Positions 1 to 14,647 of a stretch of 64,000 nt of DNA are shown piece by piece (the first letter of the stretch is position 1; each line of letters starts with the position of its first letter). The position numbers and the translations under genes are program-made. The notes under the pieces are model-generated. The model ran no database searches. It was not told where the DNA came from and worked only from the letters and a program-made list of their open reading frames with translations. The stretch comes from Botryllus schlosseri (lineage: Eukaryota). Where the stretch lies: contig CM119373.1 in the NCBI GenBank assembly GCA_051294905.1, forward strand, positions 3,412,001 through 3,476,000, given 5' to 3'.

Positions 1-265
1 TTATTCAAATTAAAAAAAATTTACTGCAATAACTCTGCTTCTCCTGGTTGGAATTGAGCAAAATTGGGTGTGCAATGTGCATCATCTCTACCGACGGCCT
101 AACAATTTTATGGGGTCGGCATATAAAATTTGAAATTTTATTTTTGATATGAGAATTTTAAAATTTGTACTGCAAGAATCTCGCTTCTACTGGTTGGATT
201 TGAGCCAAATTTGGTGTGCAGTGTTGTTTTAGCCTACATAATAATTTTATCACGTAGCCAGTAGA
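1..265. repeat. Dispersed repeat with internal ~145-bp duplication (GGTTGGA.TTGAGC.AAATT.GGTGTGCA); inverted relative at ~12110-12390
   Basis: Units at ~25-80 and ~170-222; reverse-complement similarity near 12120-12200 and 12310-12350. Confidence 0.55.
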
Positions 266-3200
266 ATTTGAAAGAAAAAAGAACTGCCCTAACGTACAGT
301 ATGTTGTGATTCGACCAATCGTGGTTTACGGCCTCCCACAGTGGAAAATATGATCAATGCTATAAGACTTGTTGCTAAATTAACACTCAGATCTCTGTGG
401 CAAGGAACGTATAATTTGTTTACTCCAAAATATTATTCCTCACTGCTCATACGAATTATCAGAATTCACCCTCAAGTACTCAAAATCATTGTGTCCAGCC
501 CTAATTATTACGTGTCAGTCACATTCTGTTACTCTGTTACATAACAAAAGCTCTGCTAATAGTCTCAATTATGTTTTCTTGAATTTTTAACGGGTATTAG
601 TTGCTATTCTTTTCTTGTTACATCTTAGGAATTTTATTACTGTAAACATGCCGGGGTGTAGAGCAAATGTCGCCTACCTTTTAGCCTGATTTTAGCCCAA
701 TATCTTATCCATAACGTATTGCCATCTTGTCCCTAAGTTACACAGACCGTCACCAGCGGTTTTCCCTTGCCGTTACCAAGTTGAAAACATTACGAATGTG
801 TGTTATGGCATGATCAGAACGAATGTCTATTTCGCTGATAACATTATCTATAGCTTAGTTGACATTTTTGTTTAATCTGAACTGTTTCCGATGGTCTGTT
901 ACCAATTCCTAGAATGAAGGGCAAAATACTTTGAATCCTAAATGGAACATAATTTCAATACTTGGCAGTTGCGACTGAAAGTCACACAGAAATTTACTCG
1001 AAAACTTCATGCGACATTGCTTATATAGCCTTCCAGCATACCAGCACAATTTTTGCATTCCCTCCCTTCAGAAAAACCGGAATAAGTTGTGAAATTAGTA
1101 GTCCCTTCCATACATAGACCAGCCCTTGATTTGGCTATCGCGGTACAGCCCACCTTGTTTTAAATGTGCAAAATTATGATTGTAAGCTTTACAATTTACA
1201 TTTACACGTAGGCTAGGTATATTTTGTTTTGTTGGATAGCCTACCGATCGACTGCATTAAAATGAACTTCTCAGTAGCCTAGTTAATTGTGTTTCATTGA
1301 TAATTGGTAACGTTACCTTGTCCCAACCTTGATGATAGTTACTGACCTTTGTACTACTAATACTGGCTGGTTACTGATATTCACTATCGCGCTGGATATT
1401 TTAAATTTTAATACACGGGCCCGCAAACTTTCGTGGGGCTGTGAAGACCTCAAAGTGACTCCACACTCTGATTTGGCATGCATGCAATATCGTCGATAGG
1501 TAGGCTTAGGCTACATTTCATTTGACAGTTGCTGCTGATGATAGGTCTACATTATGGTTTCATTTTCTGTAAGAATAATTAATTTAATATACTCATGACA
1601 CAGTCCATCTGACTTCTGCTGTACTTGACTTTGTTTCGTTTTTAATGAGTAGGCTGCTGTCTCCAAATATCATAATTGATTGTAGGTGTGTCTATGGTAT
1701 TTGGATTTTCCCCCGCCCTAGGAGTTTCATTCCATTGAAATACCTTGCTATTATCCAGGATATATCTGGGAAACACGACATGTACCAGAGATACATCATC
1801 TGCTGTTACCAGATAGATCTATGGGTTCTGGAGTGGGTATATTTTTCTAATGTACTATTAGTGTTTGATCGATCATATTGCTGCATATCTTTTCCTGCTT
1901 ACTTAAGAAATCATGGCATCAACTTGAATCTTAGCAGATTGTTTTGGTTAACTTGAAGCGAAAACATGTTCACATCAATCATGATAACTCGGGCATGTAG
2001 AACAGTGGCAGTAGCCTTGCGACTGTTTCCAAAACTAATCATGTGTTTAGTGTGAATAATAAAACAGCTAACTTTAAGTGCATTCACTCAAGCATATTAG
2101 ATTTTACACTGAGCTGCACACTCATAAGCCCAGTACGTATATCATTTATAACCTACAAGGCGTTCTGATTTTTGTCAACACTTCTCGGGAAGCATGCATT
2201 TTATACACAACTTTGCATTGATGGTTGCGATCTTTTACACCATTCCAATCTAAGAATACTGTATTTCATTTTACACATCGTAGCCCATTGTTTGATTAGG
2301 TGCCAAAAGTGAGCCTAGCGTCTTATACGAAAAGAACCACAGTGTCACATCCATTCATATGCTATTAAGAATGTTTGAGTTGACATTCCTTTTTAATGAG
2401 TCGTTACCTGTTTTTAAGACTTGTGTTTACCTATACATTGTGCTGCCTTTAATACCTTATTCAGACATCCTGACCATAATTCCCTATCGGGTGGCTGTGT
2501 GGGGTGTTAGTCATAGACAATGCCAGATGGCTTCATCTTGTTATGGATAAAACGGGTGCCGTATCAGTGACAATATCAGCCGTGCGCTCATAATGCTGAA
2601 TGGTAAAATCTCCCATTAAATATCTCTTTTCATGTATTCCTTATACCATGACTAGTGATTTCATTAGCTGATGTCATCCACGAACTTTTTGCTGTCAAGT
2701 CTTTACACTTGTTGTGAAGTGCTCTCCATTGACAAATGCCTGTGTAGCACAGTATCTCAACGGAAACTCAATTTGAAATTTGCAATGTAGCGTGCTCTAC
2801 TGTAAAAAAAACGAGGTTTCATGATTATAAACAAGCTACAGATACTTGATCCACTTGATTTAATTAAGACACAGCTTAAGATGTATCATTTTTGTAAAAC
2901 TTCGCCTTGAGTAGGCCTATGACTGTTTCACGTACCAGGTTGTATCAATTATATTTTGTGAGTCTACATGATGTTAGCATATTTTGGTGTTGTTTTTGCA
3001 TTTTATGGGGAAGCATATGAGTTTACTACAATTATTTATATTCTGTTCGGCGGCAAAATAGCTGTAGGCCACAAAATTTTCGTTACTGTGTTCAGTTGCT
3101 CATTTAGGTGGCACTGAGGCGCATCCTCCGTAACTACACCCCTTTACCACTGAATTTTGTGACTAATGTTATATCTTTGAAAAATTAGACCATTTCTATT

Positions 3201-4172
3201 TGTACAGTGACTTACCACGAGGGCGTGCATCAAACAATGCTTTGTAGTATATATTATGTGAGACTTTTATACTCATCGCTGTTTATTGATTCCAATTTCT
3301 TAAACATTAGATATATCACTTGAGTGTGTACGAAATTTTCTGTAACTTACCTAGATCTGTAGCTGTAGCGGTATTCCAACTGTGATAAGTGTTACACAAG
3401 AAGAAATATGCGCTCTTTTGTTGACGTAAACATGTTACTACGTGGCCCGATTGCCTTTATCCCACTTAACACCCGCGTCGAAGAATGCTTTGAGTCAAAA
3501 CTCTTGTCGCGGGGTCAATGTATCTTTGACCTTGGGGGTTACCTACAGCAGACACCCTATGAATCCTATGTCATTAGTTGGTTTGTAGTTACGACTTTTA
3601 GCGTCTGTAATTGGTGCGGTTTCCTGATACGTTGAATCGGGGTGTTGCGTACGCACCGTTACAAAAACACTGTCGTGCTAAACACATGAATCAACTACTG
3701 CCTTCTAGCGAGTTTTTTGTTTTGTTTATGAAGCCTTATTTAACGTGTGTTGCTATCTCTTTCGATGTGTTTTTTAGAATTCGTGATATGTTCCTTTTCC
3801 TGGGTATTGATATCGTTATGTATGTGTCGGTTGTAGTTCAAATAAAACAGGTTATGGTTCGTGGGATGCGTGTCGCTGTTTCGTGACTTTGCCAGTTGAG
3901 GTTAATAACGTGTGTCGGGTTTTGCGAATTCGAGACCCCTGCTAGTTGGTGTATGCCTGTTTGGCTTGAAACCCGATACTTTCGTGGTTCTGCTCGTAAG
4001 CAAACGGTATATCTGTATGTCAGGCGTCTACCGTCCAGAACAGACTTACTGAAGAACTAGATAATTGTAGTATAATTAAAGCGAAAGACCGGTATTCTTG
4101 TCCGATATGTGCAATGTGTCTACGCTCCGATATTGACGCTCATCTCATTTCTTGTTTCCTGAAATGTTACAG

Positions 4173-4567
4173 TAGGGTTACCATATTTTGAAAATGTGAA
4201 AAGAGGGCAATTTTCCAAAATTTACAGACTTGCAATACCGAAGGAAAATCCTGAAAAAATGATAAAATTTTTGCACTTCGTGGTCGGTTGACTAAAAATA
4301 AAAAAGGTCAACTTTCTGGCTCAGCTCCCAAAATAGAGTTTTTCTTTCACATTATCAGCTGGTTGACTAAAAAAATAGGTCAACTTTTCAGCTCAGCTCC
4401 CGAAATAGTCGCCGGAGCGTTACTTCAGTGCTCATTTACTGTATCTCACTCGAATTTTACCCTTTATTTAAACAAAATTCTCGAAAAAGAGGACTTTTGG
4501 GCGTCCTCTGAGTACACTTTCAAAAAAGAGGACAAATCCTCTTAAAAGAGGACGTATGGTAGCCCTA
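4173..4567. mobile_element. hAT-type MITE
   Basis: TIR TAGGGTTACCATA/TATGGTAGCCCTA; 8-bp TSD TGTTACAG. Confidence 0.85.
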
Positions 4568-5007
4568 TGTTACAGGAGAACTGTATGGTGTATAGCGAAA
4601 AACGAGCTGAGCTCGGTGTACTTTGTACAGAAATTTTGCCGTTCTCTTCCTCGTGAGAATGAACTGATTTGATACCAACTGAACTTTTGTTCCTTTGCAA
4701 TTTAACTCAATTTCCAAATTTTAACGAATTCAGTAATTCCGATTCTAATCTTATTTGGAGAAGCCTAGCCATAGTTCCTACGTAATTTTGAAAATCTGAA
4801 TGTTTTCTAGTCCAAGGAGAGGAGAAGGAGAAATATTATATTTAGGGCAAGTTTTTGTTGCACTAAAAACCTGAGAAAGTTGCATTTATACAATATTTTG
4901 AAATCATGAGGGTATGAGATACTCGAAAGGTTCCAGCAGTTAAAAATTTGCATGGTGTCTGCTCGTTCCGTTTCTTCCTTCGCTATTCAATCGATCATGG
5001 TTACATT

Positions 5008-6008
5008 TAGGGATGGTGTGAACTTATGAAAGGTTCAGGTTCGTGTGAACGCGAACCTTTTTGAAAGGTTCTGTGTGAACACGAACGTGAACCTCGTGAC
5101 GTCATATTCCTAATTCCAACCCTATCTTTCAATGAAGTGATAGCCTATGCCCTATATTAATGTACACGATACCTAGCGAAGGTTCGGTCCACATAATGCC
5201 ACAATGCTGAAGTACATATCGGCGTTTTAAACGTCGCTAAATGTATCAACCGCGGTAATCAAAGGATATAATAATTGCATAAAATCAGTAGGCTACATTC
5301 CGTCGCTTTGCCAACAATTTCGACGAGGACTTACCAAGGAATATAAGCTTACGCCTTAACGGTCTTAGCGAGACCGGACAATGTGTTCGGAGTCTGAGTA
5401 TTGCTACATTGATATTGAGCAGAGTGTACAACGGGTTTCTATACTCGCTACCGATAACACAAACAAGAAGTTATGCAGCAGTAGCAAGCACCTTAATCGC
5501 ACGGATTTGGATTTAATGATAGGCTACAGTAAAGATATGAAGTCAAGATTGACCCCGTACGACCGTTCGATTTTTACATCATAAGACGATATCAATGTCA
5601 TTGATTGGTTGAATAAGCATCATTCGCTGACTACGTATATCGCTCGTGATGTTGTGTGATTGCTGGTCAAGCTCACAGCAGAGAGTCACTAAATATTCAC
5701 AAGCGGAAAGCTGGATATTTCGAGAAAATTTTTGCAACAAAGCAAGTAAAACTTTTAAGGTTGTCGAGGTGCATGGTGCATGCTCGTTTAGTGTTGATTT
5801 TTTATGCTGCCAGCACCATGTATGGAGTGGCCCGCAGTTGAAATGCAATAAATTTGAGCCAAAGATCTTATAATGGAGTGAAAATTACAATTTACCAAAA
5901 GGTTCACAGTGCAGAACCTACCAAGGTTCTGTTGTGAACGCGAAGTTCTAAATTTCCGAGGTTCACACACAGAACGCGAACGTGAACCTCACGTTAACAC
6001 CATCCCTA
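5008..6008. mobile_element. Non-autonomous hAT-type element with subterminal GTGAAC/GAACC motifs
   Basis: TIR TAGGGATGGTGT; 8-bp TSD GTTACATT. Confidence 0.88.
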
Positions 6009-9000
6009 GTTACATTTTTATTTACATAGGGTTCGCACAATTTACCAGTTAGTTCAGGGAGTTTCATGACTAACGGAATAGTGGGTATGCCGCATACCCG
6101 GAAAAATTGCTAGGTAAACACGGCATACCCAGTATACCTTCGTCCGGCGCCTATGGTGGGCCGCATTGTCACTTGAAATCCATTAATTTAGTCTTTATTA
6201 TAGTTTTATAGCATATTTTACGCAATACTTGATAAAAGTTGCAGAAAAAAGTTGCATGAAAAATGTTGGCAAAAGTTGCAACATAAAACTCCTCCAAACA
6301 GATTAAAACACCATGCTACATACATTATGAGTAGCCTACTTACGAAGCTTCCAGAAGCTGTAAAAAAAAGTTGCAAAAACTTGCCCTAATGAATCAAGGT
6401 TCCTATTACTAATATCCAGATTTGACGTTGACAAGAGCGAATGTCGTTTCGACACTCAGTGCCGTTTGTACGCAGGATTGTGCGGTAGTGCGGAGCGAAT
6501 CGACAAATTCTACTCCGATCCTGACTTTTCGCTCTGGTCCTACTCCTAGACCGGATTCTTGCTGTACAGACATTTGCTATCCTCAGGCTCGAGAGAATGA
6601 AGTATGGTTTGATCTGACCTTGGATCAATGTCCAAGTTTTCGAGACTTCTCTAATTCTTATTCTAATCAAATATGGAGAAGACTGTGTAGCTATAATTCT
6701 ATTTGCAATCTAATTTGGAGAAAAAACTTTGTAGCTAGAATTCTGAATCTAGTCTAATCTAAAAAGAAACTGTGTAGCCATATTTCTAATTTAATTCGTA
6801 CAAGTTGAAGATTTTCTAGTTGTCCAAGACTGCATATGGTTTCCACAATGGAATACGCAGGTCACTGGTAAGTAAATCCAAGAAGGTAGATTCGGGCAAT
6901 CATTGAAGCGTCGCAAACTCACCAGTTTGTCACATGTTATAATGACGTGCATGTAGACTTGCAGACTGGGTCGGTCTTGTATATATGCCTCCGTAAAATA
7001 TCGCTATCGGCCAATTCCAGCTGATATTGATCGTTATTGTCCAACAAAGACATAAGTCATACCATTGTTTCAGGAAAGTTTGTAACTTATTCTGAGAGGG
7101 GATTTGGAGGCTATGCCGTTGGGTTGATTCATGAGTACCATAAAATTGATTCAATATCTATATAGCAGGCTTGTAATCAAGTCACAAGGCTCCGAGTCAC
7201 AAGTCAGTCTCACTTTTATAGTTTTGACTCGAGTCATTTTCAATTCACCACCGAGTCAAATCAGCGAGCAGAGGGTCGAGTCCGAGTCATGGTATTATGA
7301 CTAGAGTCCAACGTCTAAGTCATTGTGTTGGCTGCTCAATGTCCAGTTAAAGTCCTCTTCACCCACTTTCATAGCTCTGTTTGATGATAACGAATCGTTC
7401 GCATTTATAATATACTAATTTTCCTCTCTTTTAGCAGTTTCTGGTCGCATTTTCAAGTACCAGTACCAATATATGATGTGGTTACTTTACCATTCTTCTT
7501 TTGTTTTGTTTTTGAGGTATTCATGGTGTTTGTCGACTACTATGGTCATTTACACCAAGCCGATGTACTTCATTTTTATTCCGTAACTGTCGACTTATAG
7601 CACGGCCTATGGCATAATTTTACAACTTGAAAAAAAAAAACAATTTTGTTTTTTTTTTAAAGGTTTTTGTTTAAAACATGTATTAAAAAAAGTGTTTTAA
7701 AACACAGTTTGTTTTAGATGCAACTCTACGTGGAAGTGTTTCTTTATAGATAACTAACCTCCGTAGGTTAGTTTACCTATAGTTTCTTGGTAAAAATCTC
7801 AACTTTTAATAGAAATACGCTGGATAGAACAAGTTAACAAGTATATTTTCATGTACTCAGATTTGCTTCGTGGGCGTGATGCAGCCCGTATGTTTAACGC
7901 CCCTGGTCTGGTATATGCGGGTTTTCAGTGAAGACGCCATAGGAAAAGCGAGGCAAGCGGAGACCACATAAAAACCCTCCGACACATAGGAAACTTACTG
8001 CAACCTAGGCGTAAAGCGCAGTATCTCATGTCAATGGAAGTGGATTTACCAACTTCACTAGCTCCTTGCCATGCAGTCACAAATATCCCCTAAGTCCAAT
8101 TCAATCCTTGTTGACGGTACTGTTTCTCATTTACACCATCACGATGATGTAATCTTACAAATTTAGCATTTGGCGTTATATCTTTTCTGCAGCCTCCATT
8201 CTCCTTTAGCTACAGACAAGTTTTCGCTGCAATTATGCTACTTACAGAATGATGTCACTTGTTGATTGTTATTAGCAAAATGTCCAATTAAAATGCTGAT
8301 TTTATAAGTGTCTATCTTATATTTACGTAACCTCAGGATATGTAAGACGTACGTACGCCGTACTACTCGTGCAGCGAAATTTATTGGACTATTCTCGCCA
8401 CTGATGAACCACTTACGGAAGCCTTGCATTCTCCCCATGCTTACTATAAACGCTTTCCAGACGATATGAATGAATAATTCGAGCTGCAAGCATACGGCCT
8501 TCTGGGCAGATTTGAACAACTATAAAATTTTCAGCTTTTCCAAATTAGATTAGAATTAGAGCTACACAGCTTTTTCCAAATTAGATTAGAATTAGAATTA
8601 TTAGAGCTACACAGTTTTTTCCAACTTGGATTAGAATTAGACTTAGAATTTCTGAATTCGCAAAAATTTGGAAATTGAATGAAATTGTGAATGAGAAATA
8701 GATATAGCAAAAATGAAGTTCAGTTCATAGAAAATCACAGCGCATTCCCATAAACATGAGAATGGTTAACGTCTGTACCCTACACCCAGCTTGGCTGGTT
8801 TTGTGCTATACCAGGGGTCACCGACACGCGGGTCTCATGCGGTTGGCGATCTGATTTGTGATTTTGGAACAAGAACGCGAAGTAAAGAATTTTGAAATGC
8901 TGAAATTCATCATCATCATCATTGGTTTATTAGCAATTTTATCAGTTCAATACACCACAAAATATGCGATACAATGAAAAGACAGGAAGATGTCGAAGCG

Positions 9001-9044
9001 ACTAGGAGTAGTCTATGGAATCTGACACCCACCTTGGCCTAGGC

Positions 9045-10369
9045 CAGGGGCGGGCAACTTCTCCAGTCGGCGGGCCGAATACAGGAAAATTAAGTACTTG
9101 GCGGGCCGGATTGCTGAATCGACACATTATTCGCCCATTTATCCACATACACAAGGAATAAATCGTATTTAATGAATGGATTTTAACGACAGTAATGTCA
9201 CTTTAAAGCCATTTCTCGCCGATAATGACGAGGATATAATGTGGATTTGAGAACAGCATTGCCATACAGGCGCCGCCATGTCTGCTTCTCTCTGATCATA
9301 GTGTCCTATATGGTGTGGACACAAGCAAATCTCACGGCTCAGTGAAATTGGTCTACGTCACACTTTCCATTTGGTCTACGTCACACTTTCCATTTGGTCA
9401 AAGGCAATTAGACGGTAGTTTTTGACCGACTTGCCGAGCATTAAATTTGATAAAACGGGGATCAATCGAAAGCTACCGCGGTGCTGGTCGCGAAAATGTA
9501 AATTCTATTCTGCTCGAGGTTCTGGAACCCCCAAAATCAGCCTTGAATGTTGCATTGTAACGGAGTTTGGTATTGTGACACAGCCATGCGGTTTACTCTG
9601 CTCCTCACCTGCTCCCAGACGGCATCGTTGCGTCACAAGACCAAACTCCGTTACAATGCAACATTCGAAGCTAATTTTGGGGGGTTCCAGGACCACGAGC
9701 AGAATAGAATTTATATTTTGGCAATTATTACCGCGGGAAAGTGAAGGGAAAGTGTGACGTAGACCTATTTCACTGAGCTGTGAGATTTGCTTGTGTACAC
9801 ACCTAATTAATATTTCAAGGTGTTCGATAAGCCCGGTACCCCAAATTTACCAATATATCAATTCATTAGGGCTGAGTAGGTGATGAGATAGCGTCGTTGT
9901 TCATCTGTGTGGCTTATTTTATCTCGATATTAAATTCATGCGGACCGCAGCATCTATACGAAATTTGAAGTGGCCCGCGACCCGTTTAGAGTTGGCGTCC
10001 CCTGGCATAAGCGGTGTCCTACAAAAGCCTACAAGTGTGCTGTGGTACAAGTCGGCGTTTACGGAATAAAAAATTAGAAATATCGGTCTGGTGTAAATGA
10101 TCCTACCAGCACCATGATTACCACAAACGATATTAGGGTTGAGTGCATCGTAAATGCCGATAATGCAAACCTTCTCGCTTCGACGAAATTACGCGCAAGC
10201 TCCACTCGCACGCTGCGCATACAAATAACATACAATCACTAAAATTTGACGTAGTAAGCAAGTAGCGGGGTATCTCGGCAGACTGTAGCCGCGGGCCACA
10301 TTATCATATAAGACGGAAAACTGTCCGCGGGCCGGATCCGGCCCGCGGGCCGTATGTTGCCCACCCCTG
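9045..10369. mobile_element. Composite hAT-type MITE (carries an internal TIR and a SINE tail) inserted in a LINE 3' UTR
   Basis: TIR CAGGGG(C/T)GGGCAAC; TSD GCCTAGGC; inverted sister copy at 55607-56937. Confidence 0.85.
9312..9803. mobile_element. Long-TIR hairpin MITE containing a second ~90-bp-arm palindrome (9500-9711)
   Basis: GGTGTGGACACAAGCAAATCTCACGGCTCAGTGAAAT... inverted at ~9747-9803; absent from the sister copy near 56670. Confidence 0.8.
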
Positions 10370-13300
10370 GCCTAGGCGATGTCAAGAGGAGGCATGCACA
10401 CTGAATGAAAGTAAAGAAGATGGTGTAGAAAAAGAAAGCGACAAGCAATAGGGCGGTAAGTCATGGGAAGCGAAATCGATAGGTCAGTCGCGGTCCGGTA
10501 ATCTTGAGGATGGACTGTATTTATTTAGTAGTAATTGCTTGTATTTCGACTTGAATGTGCACATGCTCGTCGACTGTCGGGTGGCCGGCGGGATACTGTT
10601 CCACACATCAGGTCCGGCATATTTGATAGAGCGATGATCTTTTCGGTCGATCATATGATATTTGGACGACGTGGACGCGCGTGTGTTGTACTTGTGCGCT
10701 TTTGATTTCAGTTTCCAATTATTGTAGTTGTTTCAAAATTAGCTATTCGTCTGTGCCCAACAACACTATTCCTCATTAACTGAAACGGTTTCGGCGATGG
10801 CAACAGCATTCCATTGATGAATAGTCAGCTGATATGAGCAATTGAGCATATTGCCTTGCCGAGCAATGGCCCAGGCACTGCCAAGACAGAAACGCCGAGA
10901 AAATGGCCTAGGGATTTCCCACAGGATCAATCTTTAGGAGAGAGAGAGAGAGAGAGAATCTTTATTCGCATACATTACATATCAACATTACACTACATGA
11001 ATGGGATGAAATGGTCTTTCATCTAGTATGTCTGGCTAGCCCTTATATCGATTCATTAGTCGCTGATAAGCGTGGTCATGGTCAGGTATCGTGCGCAGCT
11101 CATAGTTCAAAATAAAATGAACTTTATGATCATAATATTTCTTGTTGTATTTGTACTTCTTTGATAAAATTAGTGGTAACCATGCCCATCGCCCATATAA
11201 GTGAGCACGGCGTTGTATACTAACGAAAAGTTTTAAAAACATGATCGAAATAGATGTTTTTCACAGACTACAAACAACTATGCCAGCAATCAGCATGCTA
11301 TATTATTCGTCACAATAACTACTATGATTGCGCGGTGTAAGTAACGAGATGGCGGCTTGGCACTGGATTTCCCTGCTCTAGAGGGATATTCTTGTTAACT
11401 CGCTGCAAAATGCCGCGGACAAAGAGGCATTTTAGGAAAACAAGAAATTAGATTATAACTAAAACTAGAGCACAAAAACATTCAACAAATTAGATTAGAA
11501 TTAGATTACTGGCATTTCGCTCTAATTTAATGAAATCAGACAACTACAAAATTATCTAGTTGTCCAAGTCTGCTTCTGGGAATGATTGCAATAGCCAGAA
11601 AAGTAGACCAGCAGACAGTCTTGCTTATTTTATCCGAAGAGAGCGTTCGTTGATTAATCGGCATAACTCTAGTCAGAGCCAAAAAACATGTTCTTAGGTC
11701 AGGGTTGCCCTGGGGAGATTGATAAATTATCGAGTCAAGTGCTGAAGGTAAACCCAGCTGACGTTTAGCCTTATCACACCACAAGAAGTTCGTTGGCAGC
11801 GGTTCGTCAAGATTGCTGTCTGAGTCGCGACCGCAGATGAGCTCTACACACAATACACACGACATTGACATCGTATTGTATAATTTAATTATCTCGCGAT
11901 CACGAACGATGAACTATAGATAACTAACCTAAGTTAGTTATCTGTAGTTAAACACAAAACATCTATAAACTATTATTTCATCATATTGCTATCGATCAAT
12001 CGTGATTTGTCCTAATTTTTAGGTCACAATACCAAACCACAGAATACAGAACACACGCGAGTGAGCTAGCAATATACATATACATTAGGGCTCTTCAAAA
12101 ATGACTTTTTTCTCAAATCCTGCTGGCTACATGATAAAATTGTTAGGTTACCTAATTTAAGCCTACACACCAAATCTGGTTCAATTCCAACCACTAGCCG
12201 CATTGCTACAGGAGAAGAAAGTTTCGATTTATTATATAAAAATAAATAATAAAAAATTGAAAATTTTCTGTTCGCCCCATAAACGTGTTAGGTTGTCTAT
12301 AGGAACGATGTTCACCAAATTTGGTTCAATTTCAACCAGTGGAAGCGGAGTTATTTCCGTCGAAAAATTTTGTATTTGAATAAAATAGTATTTATGGTGA
12401 CAGATTATTTGTTTATTTATTATAATTGTGCTCACCGTATACAACAATATTCTACATAAAATTGTGGCGCGTCTAAGGTCCAATAGTTGCAATATTATAA
12501 CCCAACAGTTTTACGATGTCTATGGCTCATTAATTAAAAAAATTACGCCTGGCACGAAAACAATGTTATTCAAATATTTGAAAATGTGATTATTTTCTTC
12601 CGTGTCAAGCGTGACGATAGTAAATTACATTTCCACGATGTTTGTGGAATGCCTTTCTGCAAGGTCCCGTCAAATAAGGCCTCTATACTTAGAAGTTACA
12701 GATTGAATCCTATAATGGATGCTGCGGCCCGCGGCGTCAGCAAAAACTGGGAAATTGGCCCGCGAGCACATTTGAGTTTGAGACCTCTGTTGTAACGCAT
12801 ACACTCGCTGGTCAGATAACATTGTCTCTTCCGCGTTGCCGCATCCTATTCTAACGAAGTTCATGAAGGCTGGGAGACATGATTCTTCGGAAGATATACT
12901 CGGAAGATTTTTTAGCGTTAGCGTCCAACAAACCATTTCTCTCACAACATATAGAACTCGAATCGTTCTGATTTGCAGCCGTACAACAATACGTAAGGAT
13001 TGTTACATATATAGCCTACACCAGTGGTTCTCAACCTTTTTCACCTCGCGGACCGGTGGACTTTCAAAAATTGAAATCAACTCAGAACGTGAAGTATGCC
13101 ACCGTTTTTTGCAAGTAGGCTATATAGTGCTAGAGAGTGACATTTTGAGGGTTTTGATCGTAATTATTTATGCTCATGATGGCATCCATGTGATTTTACC
13201 GTCGTGAGTCTAATGAGTCGAGGTAAAATTGCCTTACCCAGATAAACGTGCTAGAGCCGAGGATCGTTTACAGTCTTGTGCGCCGAAGGCCATTGATTTA

Positions 13301-13737
13301 ACCGACAACGCTAACTCGACTAATATTCTTCTCTTCGACAATATCGAGAGAACAAGCGTTTTGGAGTTGAACCCAGCACCTTGTGCTACCTTGATCATTG
13401 CCCACTACCCCCAGACGTAGGCTACTCTGGCCACTATGAATACAATGCACCGCACGAAAACACCCGACAACAGCTATACCTGGCCATCCACAAAATCAGG
13501 GCCGATCGTCTGCTTACCAGCCCAAAAACGTTGGTCTTGGACCACACCGGGTGATAAACCAATTAAGTTATGGGGGGCGTCACCCCCAGACCCCACTGTT
13601 AGTTGGGTGTTTTCACCAGTACTTGTGAACACAGTCATTTTAGTCAGTGTATGCAGAAAGTTCATGCTACATGATCGCGCGAAGCGCGAAAATTTTCATT
13701 AATTCATGACTGAATTGGTCAATAATATTGGTTATTG

Positions 13738-14317
13738 CAGGGTTGTAACCAAGTCACAAGGCTCCGAGTCACAAGTCAATCTCACTTTTACAGTTTTGAC
13801 TCGAGTCAAGTCGAGTCATTTTCAACTCACGACCGAGTCAAGTCCGAGTCCAAGTCATCGAACAGAGGGTCGAGTCCGAGTCATGGTATTATGACTCGAG
13901 TCCGAGTCCAAGTCAATGTGTTGACTGCTCAGTTTCCAGTTAAAATCTTATTAAACTCACTTTTTATAACTCTGCTTGGTGGTATTGAATGGTTCGCATC
14001 CATAATATACTGATTTCCTCACTTTTAGCAGTTTCTGGTCACATTTTCAAGTACTAGTACCAATAGACGAAATCCTAATAGGGTGGTTACTTTACTATTC
14101 TTCGAAATTACAAAGAAATGTCGGTCTTGGATTTCTGAGTCTCGAATCATATGACTTGGTTCTAGTCATGTGCAATGACTCGAGTCCAAGTCGAGTCACT
14201 TCGAAGATTGACTCGAGTCGAGTCATTTCTGTATTTTGAGAAAATGACTCGAGTCAAGTTGAGTCATCAGAAAATCGTGACTCGAGTCGAGTCATGACTC
14301 GAGTCATTACAACCCTG
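13738..14317. mobile_element. GACTCGAGTC-rich MITE (family A; other copies ~7166-7500, ~42205-42710, ~57150-57300)
   Basis: TIR CAGGGTTGTAA; subterminal GACTCGAGTC palindromes; imperfect TSD. Confidence 0.8.
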
Positions 14318-14647
14318 GTAATTGCATATATTGCCGTAAATTTTTCATGTTTTCGGAATAATCAGATTTTTCGGTAGAGTTGATTGAGGGTGAGTAGATA
14401 TTGAAATCACCCAAGCGTACTAAACTAACTCCAGCACACGATTCCAAATTGGTATTTTTTCACTGGAAAATAATATTGTTCCGTGGTCGGGCATTTGTCG
14501 TATGGGGTACAGATTGCCAGAACAGCGAGATTCGGCGCCAACCATTTTGGAGCCTATGGACAAAATTAGACGTATATATAATATATATCGAAGTTTTCGG
14601 TAGGGCATTCCTTTTCGGCCAAGGTGATCTCGCTGGCGAATTCTTAG

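Larger units (their letters stand above)
8908..10700 (-). mobile_element. 3' end of a CR1/L2-clade LINE, interrupted by 9045-10369
   Basis: Minus-strand translation AHKYNTRAS...SIKYAGPDVWNSIPPATRQSTSMCTFKSKYKQLLL (ORF2 C-terminus); AATAAA followed by an (ATG)n tail ending at 8908. Confidence 0.8.

Noticed and set aside
3340..4060. GC-richer block that might be an LTR or other element end
   Set aside because: No partner repeat, TSD, primer-binding site or coding motif could be established.
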